This document shows positions 1 to 47,781 of a DNA stretch of 47,781 bases, piece by piece. The DNA is from Prorocentrum cordatum (Eukaryota). Position numbers and translations under genes: made by a program. Position 1 is the stretch's first letter. Every line of letters begins with the position of its first letter. The DNA is taken from assembly GCA_963575745.1 (NCBI GenBank), contig CAUYUJ010000126.1:620001-667781 (forward strand), read 5' to 3'. The notes below the pieces were generated by a model. It did not search any database, was not told the DNA's origin, and worked only from the letters and a program-made list of their open reading frames with translations.

Positions 1-701
1 GTCCCAGACGCATGCGGTGACCTCAACAAACATCCCCGCGGACTCGCCACAGGACGTCGTCACACCCCAAGACATGGGTCCTGGACCCCGGGGCCGTCCC
101 CGGGGACAAGCTTCTCACCCCGAGCCGCTGTCAACGGCCCCAGGGTGGAGGCAGGGGGCCAGCCCAGCGACGAAGCAGCCAGCGTCGCCCACTGCTGAGT
201 ACGGACGGGCTTGCACGACGGCGAACGCTCCGCACTGCTGGGCTGCTCCGTGGGCAGATCAGCGACGCCGAGGAGGCCCCAAGAGGCCCACAAAAGGTCC
301 CCCCGAGGCTCCCAAGAGACCGTCAAGAGGCCCCGAGTGGACGCCAAGATAACCCCAAGAATCTCCAAGACAACCCAAAAAATCGCTCAAGAGCAGAAAT
401 TATTCGGCAAACTGTCCACCACCACTACCATATGTAGGACGGGGGAGAAGAGAGGATAAGGAGGTCCTCCTCCTCCTCCTCCTCCCTCAACCTCAACCTC
501 AACATGAACCTCAACCTCAACCTCAACCTCCTCCTCCTCCTCCTCCTCCTCCTCCTCCTCCTCCTCCTCCTCCTCCTCCTCTTCCTCCTCCTCCTCCTCC
601 TCCTCCTCCTCCTCCTCCTCCTCCTCCTCCTCCCTTCTCCCTCCTCCCTCCTCCCTCCTCCCTCCTCCCTCCTCCCTCCTCCCTCCTCCCTCCTCCCTCC
701 T

Positions 702-1270
702 AACCGTCAACAGCAAAGGGAAGCCCTCGCTGCAGCTGCAGAGCACGAGACTTTTGATATCCTGTGGGCCTGTGGGAGTCAGGAGTCCCGCCAGCATGCG
801 ACAGTCCTTTTCACAGTCTCCGTGCTGTCGAAGCCGAGGACGCGAAGGTTTGGAAATGCTTTTGGTGTGGAGAAGGTTTCTGCAAGCCTAAAGGTTTAAG
901 AATGCACGTCAATAGATGTCATCATAGCAGAGTACACAGCATACGACGTATTCAAGGCAGCAGCACACAGTGTCCTACATGCAGGCAGCAGTTTGCACAC
1001 AGCGCCGCTTTAACGGCGCATCTGGCTTTCGACTCTGCCAAGGGTGCCCTTGGGTACTGGCTTTCCGACGTGAATTGCACGTACGAGGAGGCTAGAAACT
1101 TGAACGAGGCGGAGGATAGGAGGCTTACTGCACAGAGGAAGGCAGGTCAAGGGAGGTGGCGCACGGAGTGTCCTGCATTCAGAGGCCCTGGAGAGTGCCC
1201 CCAAGCTGTTCGCGATAGTCTTGAAGCCCTCAGTTCAGAGCAAGTTCGAGATATTCTAATATTCTTCTAG
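702..1270 (+). mobile_element. C2H2 zinc-finger-coding fragment, probably the 3' part of a non-LTR retrotransposon ORF
   Basis: CFWCGEGFCKPKGLRMHVNRCH and CPTCRQQFAHSAALTAHL in ORF 764..1270; intronless, lower GC, begins abruptly after a CCT tract. Confidence 0.45.
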
Positions 1271-4120
1271 GCGCAGATGCTGCGCTTCCGCCGCCCCAGC
1301 TCAGAGCAGAGTACCTCAAAATGTTCACGGAAGCACAGGCTCCTGAAGGTACTGGGCCCGATAGAGACCTCCCACCTTTCCTTTACAATCCTGCTGGTTG
1401 TTCTGGAGTTGCCGCCATACAGATTCCTACCAGAGTACAGCGCTGCACGTTTTTCGTTCTCAACCTCTACTGCGGACGCAGACGTGCAGGAGACATCCAG
1501 TGGCACATCGAATACTCGATTGCCTCACCTTCAGTGGAGCTCGTAGTTCTCAGTGTAGACATTGCGATAGATGAAGTTCGAGGCGACCTGACTAGAGAAG
1601 CTACCATACTAGAATGGGCTGAACACATACGTTGTCATCGTGTTATTAACTCAGGGTGGGCGCCATGTGAAACTTGGTCGGCCTCTCGGTGGCAAGAAGG
1701 TGGCCCCCCACACTCAGGACGCTTCAGTACGTATGGGGAGTTCCATGGGCCACTAGACCACTAGACGTCAATCTGAGCAAGTACGTATAGGTTCGCAGCT
1801 GTTTCATGCACTCGTTCGGCTTCTAGCGGAGCACCTTCGAGCAGGAACGTCTGGATGGCTAGAGCATCCTGTTTGCCCGACATGGGCACGAGGAGCGCCA
1901 GCGTTGTTTGAATGGAAGCCTATGCAAGCGATATGGTCAGCACCGTGTGCGGCCAGAACCACATTTGATCAGTGCGAACACCAGCCAGCAGGTACGGATC
2001 CAGCAGGAGTAGGTAGAGCCCCCACCACAATAGTCTCGGTCCGTATGCCCACTCTGGCTGGCCTCCTGAAGGCCACTCCAGGCAAAGGTTTTTGTTCCCA
2101 CGGCAAAGGGTCACATATGACCCTCCTGGGGAAACTTTCTTCTGGTGAGTTTAGAACGGCCTCTAAGAAGGCCTATCCGAGTATTAGGCATGTGTAGAAG
2201 TATTGCCACTGCTATTGTTGACTCAGTTTTTTCTTTGGTGTCTGGCCGTTCTTCGGAGGATCCCGTCACAGCTGACTCAGAGATCCCGGAGGTACAGGCC
2301 TATTCCTAGGACTCTGAAGAGATCCGAGCTAGGCTCATGGAGTTTTTCGTGTCTAGAATCCAGGAGCAACCAAAGGACGACGCAGTTAGACCGTATGCGC
2401 CCGACTTCGCGGGCGATCCTAGACAACGCAAAGACAGGACTAGAGTAGATCCTGAGCGCAGTCGATGTCTTGACTCAGACTCGAGCAGCTCTGACCAAGA
2501 TTTTTTGAGCCTCAAGCGGAGGCTCCGACACGGACAGAAGCGTCGGGAGCCGACGCTGAGGCAGAGCAGATGATCGTAGATCTGATTTCTGGCTCCCCAG
2601 AGGAGCAGGCGGCGGCCTGGCCTCTGTTCCCTTCCCCGCCTCCTTCGTCTCCGCCTCCGCCCCCGCCCGCTCCCCGCGTCCTCTTCCCAGAAGGCCAGGA
2701 TCGCCGCCAACCGTGCAGAGGCACGGAGGCGCCGTCGCGCGAGGGAGAGAGAGAGAGGCTGGCACCCTGGGGTGGTGTGGTGCCTGCCCCGCTCCACCTC
2801 CTTCCAGAGCGGGCGCCAGCGGCGCCCCCTCTTCAAGAACTACTTCTGCAAGCTCGAGTTGCTTGGCACTAAGGCCGGGTCCCCTCGAGCTTTTTTTCGC
2901 CACGAGCGTTCGAATCGAGCACGACCCGTCGTCGAAGCCTGCGTTGCATCATCAACCTCCCTTCTCCCGCCTCCTCCTCCTCCTCCTCCTCCTCCTCCTC
3001 CTCCTCCTGCTCCTCCTCCTCCTCCTCCTCCTTCTCCTCCTCCTCGTCCTCCTCCTCCTCCTCCTCCTCCTCCTCCTCCTCATCCTCCTCCTCCTACACA
3101 TGGTAGTGGTGGTGGAGAATGGGCCAATCAGAAGGAGCAATGCTGAGATGCTGCTGATCGAGCTCAAGCACTAAGCGCGGTGACCTCGAAAAAAACCGGA
3201 GACCTCACAGCATTGCCCGCACCGCACGGTTAGGGGCCCTGGTGGCACCAGTCGCCCGACGCATCCTCGGAGAACAGCCCGCCTCCTCCTCCTCCTCCTC
3301 CTCCTCCTCCTCCTCCTCCTGCTCCTCCACCTGCCCCTCCTCCTCCTCCTCCCTCCTCCTCCTCCTCATCCTCCTCCTCTTTTTACGTTAGCCCGATTGA
3401 AGGATCTAGCCTGTAGCGGTCCATCCTCCCTACTCCTCTCCTCCTGCTCTCTCTGCTGCTCCTCCTCCTCCTCCTCCTCCTCCTCCTCCTCCCCCTCCTC
3501 CTCCTCCTCGTCCTCGTCCTCGTCCTCCTCATCCTCATCCTCCTCCTCGTCCTCCTGTCCTCCTCGTCTCCTCGTCCTCCTTGTCCTCCTCGTCCTCCTC
3601 GTCCTCCTCGTCCTCCTCGTCTCCTCCTCTCCTCTCCTCCTCCTCCTCCTCCTCCTCCTCCTCCTCCTCCTCCTCCTACACCTCCTCCTCTTCCTCCTCT
3701 TCTTCCTGCTCCTTCTCCTAGTCCCAAGAAAGTGCAGTGACCCCGCATCCCCATTGACTTGCCACACGGTACCGTCACCACACCGGGTGGGGGCCCCCAA
3801 GGCATGGGCCCCGGACCAGACCCCGCGGACTTTCCCCGGGACAAGCCTCAGGCTACCACGAGGAGCCCCACGAGTGCTTCCAGAACCCACGACCACCGAT
3901 TCCTTGTGAGGCCTCTGGCGACCTGCTGCGCTATTGCCCGCGGGCTTCTTGGAGTCCACGACGGCCCGAGAGAACTCGACGATGGCCCCAAGACGGCCCC
4001 ACGGCAGGAGCGCCCCCCCCAAACCCCACCAGAGGCCGAGTACCTCCGACGGAAAAACCTTCAGGAGTCGGGAGCCCCGCTCTCCCCGCCTGCTGGGCCC
4101 CTCTCCTCTCCGCGGCGGGC

Positions 4121-42704
<38,584 letters not shown>

Positions 42705-43399
42705 CTTGGGGGGGAGCTGAAGACTGGCGCCCAGGCAGCCACCTTCTTAAACTCCTCTGGCATCCCACCCTCTAACTCCTCCACCTGCTCCTCCTCCCTT
42801 CCTCCTCCTTCCTGCTCCTCCCTCCTCCTGCCTCCTCTCACCTCGCATACCTCCTGCTCCTTCCCTCCTGCCTACTTCTTCCTCCGTCCTGCCTCCTCCA
42901 TTTTCCCTTCCTCCTCCTCCGCTCCTCAGACCTCCTCACCGCCTCCTCCGGTCCTTTCTCCTCCTCCCGTCGCTCCCCTTTCCCCTCCCTACCTCTCCTT
43001 CCTCCTCCTCTCTCTCCTATCCTTCAACCCTCCTATTGGTGCCCTTTCCCTCGCTCCCCGCCTCTCTCCCTCTCCACTCTCTCACCTCTCTGCCTATGTC
43101 CCTCGTCCCTCCTCCTACCTCTCTCCCTATCCTATGGGCCCCTCCTCGTCCGTCCTCCTTCCTCCTCCTCCTCCTCCTCCTCCTCCTTCTCCCTCCTCCT
43201 TCTGCTTCCTCCTCCTCCTCCTCCTCCTCCTCCTCCTCTCCTTCTCCTCCTCCTCCTCCGGCTCCTCCGTGCTCCCTACCTCCTCCTCCCCTCCTCCTCC
43301 TCCTCCTCCTCCTCCTCCTCCTCCTCCTCCTCCTCCTCCCTCCTCCTCTCCTCCTCCTCCTCCTCCTCCTCCTCCTCCTCCTCCTCCTCCTGCCCTCCG

Positions 43400-45200
43400 C
43401 CAATTCTCCGCCAGGTCAAACTGGCCTTTCGGAAGGGTTTTGGCTTCCTCCGAATGGCGTCGGCTCGCAATTGGGTGCATGCCCGTGTCCGGCATGCATT
43501 CAAAGGCCAGCAGGTGTGGAAAGGCCGGGTCTTGGCTCCGAGGTTCTGCCAGTCCTACATGTTCGCGGAGCCACCTGTACGAGATGCATATGTTCCAGTT
43601 CGGCCTCCCCTACGTCTTCGAGCACTGGATGGTCCGTGGCATCTTCCCCAGTGGCCTAGTCTCCGGCGTGTGCTTGGCGAGACGCGAAAGGAGCTATTTG
43701 TATGGTCTGCACGACTGCGTCTTCACAGACGGCCAACCCAACGGCTTGTTCGCACCGTCTGCGATGCCATAGCCGAGGCCTGGACACGGTGCCCATATCT
43801 GGACTCTCAGCCTTGGCAATGGGGAGATATGGAACATCCCGTGTCTCTTGCAATGGATGTCTACAACGTCGAGGTCGTGATGGCGGACGACAAGATGGCA
43901 GACCGCCTTTGGTGTTCTGATGGGGATTCTCTGATGCAGTATTTGGCCAGATCGATTTTGGAGGACCCCGACTGGGTCATGCGGCCTGATCTTACAGTCA
44001 CCGACGTCAAAACTTAGATGTGGACGCGAGTGTTCTGTGGTTTACCGCCGTGGCTCCGCGGCCATCGGCAGCTTCCTCCAGAACACCGTTCAACGCGCAC
44101 TCCCACGATTTTTCCGCTATGGAAGTCCAAGTGTTGGCTACCCGACGGGACGAAGACGTGCACGAAGCCTCGTCACAGTTGTGCTCGACGCTTGGTCAAC
44201 ACCAAAGATTGTCCTGGTGGAACTGGTTTTCGAGTTATTGCCCGGGCAGCTCGTGGTATGCTCAGAATTGGCAACATTGGTTACGAAGTTTTCTCTATGC
44301 AGCGTGCTGCAGTGGAGGTGGACCTAGCCAGGCGATCTTTATCTTCAGCGTGCTCACGCTCATGTTGCAGATGTGGCGTTGCAATGGAAGAGATTTCCGT
44401 TGTTGTCGCAGGCTTGGACCAAGCGTACGAGCAAGTGTCGGCCATCGTGGAAGGGGCGCTCCAGGATAAGTGGGCGACGGGCCAGGTCGACAGGCCCATC
44501 AAATCCCACGCTCCGTCATCTAAGCAGACAGGTACGAAGAAGGAAAAGGCCAAGCTGGAGGTTGATATCATCATCGGCGAAGCGCGCTGAATAGGAACAT
44601 GGCAGCACCGGCAGCCCGACCAGAAAGTATCTTGGGATGTATGGCGGCATCAGGAGTCCAGCAGTCATGTGTTGTGGGCTCCAAGGTCTATCTCGCCCAT
44701 ACCGTGCTATGTATGGCAGTGGCGCTATCCGACCCTCTACCTCTTTCTCCAGTGCGTGTTCTGGGGCGTCAGCTTCACGGGCACGTTCCTTATTGTTTCG
44801 CATGGGATGTGGATCATCAGTGCATGGTGCGAGGATTGGTCACCATCTTTCAACCGAAATCGAGATATCGCCGGAGCTTGGTTCACTCTACGGGTATCGC
44901 ATTTTGAACAATCTCGGCAAGTCCAGTGGGTGCTGGATGCAGTGGGGCTTCCTTTCACCGTCTACGACGCTAGCGAGATGGCTTGGTTACGTTCCCAAGC
45001 TCAGGGAGTTGTGCTATGTGCGATGGGGGCATGCATGATGCAATTAGGCGGGAGGTCCCAAAATAGCAAGTACAGTGCATAGCAGCAGACAGGGCGCTGT
45101 GTAACAGTTTGTCCGCCCAGAGGGTTTGTGTGATATAGTAGTGTAAGAACTTCAACATCCCAACATATCAGTTCATCAATTCATGGCCAGGGGGAGGTGA
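43400..45200 (+). mobile_element. Decayed retroelement, Penelope-like RT N-terminal part
   Basis: PTIFPLWKSKC..HSCARRLVN..P..FRVIARA and VVVAGLDQAYEQVS resemble PLE RT motifs (PxxYxLPKxHK..RPIV..P; DxxxLY); stops and frameshifts present; no YxDD seen; intronless, lower GC. Confidence 0.42.
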
Positions 45201-45989
45201 GGCTTGCCCTGTCTAGTGAAGCAGGACCCTCCCTGTTGAGAGGGCAAGGCGGGTTCTCTCTCCTCCCTCTCCCCGTAACCTAACCTTCCCAACCCCCTCC
45301 CCTTTCCATTCCGCAGCCGCGTTTTTCTCGAGGGCCAGAGTGGTCCACGACGCGCTCGAAGTCACTCTGGTGGCGTCCGCGCTCGATACTGGAACAGATA
45401 GGCGGCATATCATCCCGCGATGTCTTCTTCTCTTGCTGTTTACTCTCCTCCCCCTCCTCCTCCTCCTCCTCCTCCTCCTCCTCCTCCTCCTCCTCCTCCT
45501 CCCCTGCTCCTGCCTTCAACCTCCTCCTCCTGCATTCCTCCTCCTCCTCCTCCCACCTCGCTCCTCCTCCATCCTTCTCCTCTTCCTCCTCCTCCTCCTC
45601 CTCCCCTCCTCCTCCTCCTGTCCTCCTCCCGTCCTCCTCCTCCTCATCTGCTCTTCCTCCTCCTCCTCCTCCCTCTCCTCCTCCTCCTCCTCCTCCTCCT
45701 CCTCCTCCTCACTCCCCTCCTCCCCCTCCTCCTCCCCCCTCCTCCTCCTCTCCTCCTCCTCCTCCTCCTCCTCTTCCTCGGCTCGCGTTCTCTCCTCCTA
45801 GCCTCCTCCTCCTCCTCCTCCTCTCCCCTTCATCGCTCCTCTCTCCTGCTCCTCCTCCTCCTCCTCCGCCTCCGCCTCCGCCTCCGCCTCCGCCTCCGCC
45901 TCCGCCTCCGCTTCCGCCTCCTCATCCTCCTCCGCCTGCTCTGCCTCCTCCTCCTCCTCCTCCTCCTCCTCCTCCTTCTCTTCCTCTTC

Positions 45990-46658
45990 TTGGTAATAGC
46001 ATTATTCTTATTATTATTATATTATTATTATTAGTAGTAGTAGTATTATTATTATTAGTATCATCATCATCATTTTTAGTTTTATCACTACTATTATTAA
46101 TAGTATTAGTAATAAGAATATTATTATTAGTGTTATTGTTAATATTATTATTAGTATTATTCGTAGTATTAGTAGTATTCGTATTATTAGTATGATTATT
46201 CGTATTGCTAAGACTAGTAGTCGTATGATCAGTGTTACTATTCTTACTATTATTACTGTTAGTATTAGTAGGATTCGTTTTCTTCTTCTGTTTAGTATTA
46301 GTATTATTATTATTCGTCTTCTTCTTTTTCTTAGTATTAGTATGCCTGTTCGTCTTCTTAGTACCAGTATTCGTCGTAGTATGCCCATTCGTATTATTAT
46401 TATATTATTAGTATAAGTATTATTAGTATTAGCATAAGCAGTCTTATTATTAGTGGTCTTACTAGTAGTAGTGGTATTGCTAGTAGTGGTAGTATTAGTA
46501 GTAGCATTAATACGAGTATTACTATTACTGTTAGTATAGCATGAAGCGTAGTAGCATTATTAATATCAGCATTAATAGTAGTGGTAGTATTACTACTATC
46601 ATTATCGGTATTAGTATGAGTAGTAGTAGTATGAGTAGTAGTAGTAGTAGTAGTCGTC

Positions 46659-46699
<41 letters not shown>

Positions 46700-46750
46700 C
46701 TTCTGATTATTCTTCGTCTCCTTCTTATTATTAATGATCAGAATAGTATT
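45990..46750. repeat. Degenerate (ATT)n/(AGT)n AT-rich microsatellite between long (CCT)n tracts
   Basis: Direct reading. Confidence 0.92.
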
Positions 46751-47781
46751 CCTCCTCCTCCTCCTCCTCCGCCTCCTCCTCCTCCTATCCCTCCTCCTCC
46801 TCCGCCGCCTCCTCCTCCTCCTCCGCATCCTCATCGTCATCCTCATCCTCATCCTAATCATCATCCTCCTCCTCATCCTCGTCATCGTCCTCCTCCGCCT
46901 CCTCCCCCTCCCTCTTTGCCGCCTCCTCCGCCCCCTCCTCCTCCGCCGCCGCCTCCGCCTCCGCCGCCTCCTCCTGGCGAACTGGCGCAAGCCTCTAGAG
47001 CACGGAGGGGACTCGGAAAGATGTTGTTTTGCGGCGTTGTTGATACATCGTGGCTGTATTATGGTCCTCATCCTCCCCCTCCTCTCCCTCCGTCCCCCGT
47101 TCGTCCTCAACTCCTCTCCTTCCTCACCCTCCTCCTCCTCCTCCTCCTCCTCCTCTCCTCCCCTCCGCCCTCCTCCTGCCTCCTCCTCCTCCCTCCTCCT
47201 CCTCCTCCTCCTCCCCTCCTCCTCCTCCTCCTCCTCTCCTCCTCCTCCTCCTCCTCCTCCTCCTCCTCCTCCTTCCTCCTCCTCCTCCTCCTCCTCCCCT
47301 CCTCCTCCTCCTCCTCCTCTCTCCTCCTCCTCCTCCTCCTCCCCTCCTCTCCTCCTCTCCTCCTCCTCCTCCTCCTCCTCCGCCTCCTCCTCCTCCTCCT
47401 CCTCCTCCTCCTCCCTCCTCCTCCTCCCCTCCTCCTCCTCCCTCCTCGCTCTCCTCTCCTCCTCCTCCTCCTCCATCCTCCTCCTCCTCCTCCTCCTCTC
47501 CTCTCCTCCTCCTCCTACCTCCTCCTCCTCCTCCTCCTCCTCCTCCTCCTCCTCTCCTCCTCCTCCTCCTCCTCCTCCCCTCCTCCGCAGTCCTCCTCCT
47601 CGGCGTGCTTCTTCGTGGCGTGGCACCCATTTTGATGATGAGCCGTAGCGTCAATGAGATCGCCACAAAGAAACAACGATACGATGTAACCTCAATCGTG
47701 GAAGCTGAGCCTGCCACAGCAGATACCTGGAGCCAGGAGTACGTAGGCTTTCTCCACGTCCCCACTTTCCTCCTCCTCCTC

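Noticed and set aside
1270..2580. Possible decayed APE-endonuclease fragment on the minus strand (GLQE)
   Set aside because: Only one short motif among many stops; too weak to call.
120..2860. Candidates for exon 18 (RW-containing frames near 180 and 2820)
   Set aside because: No convincing GH2 C-terminal motif; the remaining exons probably lie beyond the window start.
44790..44835. Hammerhead ribozyme candidate on the minus strand (CTGATGA...CGAAA)
   Set aside because: Stem II closing pair is absent and I could not form stems I and III.
45318..45389. Possible upstream exon of the GH2 gene
   Set aside because: A CAG acceptor and coding-like composition exist, but no homology or phase evidence; cannot be supported.

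Overview
Eukaryotic, GC-rich, microsatellite-saturated genomic DNA. The GC/GA splice donors, tiny exons and repeat landscape suggest a dinoflagellate, possibly Prorocentrum-like (inference). Nearly all ORF-track entries are repeat artefacts. The real content is one minus-strand glycoside hydrolase family 2 (LacZ-like beta-galactosidase) gene that I reconstructed by eye from 17 exons spanning 42704 to ~4121 (~998 codons; N- and C-terminal exons not found). Both catalytic glutamates are intact. Its introns are the most unusual feature: most have short direct repeats at the splice junctions and complementary (inverted-repeat) ends. Three or four of them give the conserved GH2 sequence only with non-canonical boundaries (CG..AG, AC..AG, TA..AG, and one with no AG). 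This points to Introner-type, possibly structure-guided introns in a bacterial-like gene. One 1.26-kb exon is intronless and differs in codon usage. The introns also hold Helentron/Helitron-like elements, a nested TIR element with flanking direct repeats, MITEs, decayed LINE/Penelope-like fragments, 9-bp and 64-bp satellites and a 100-N gap. All alignments were made by eye; no databases were searched.
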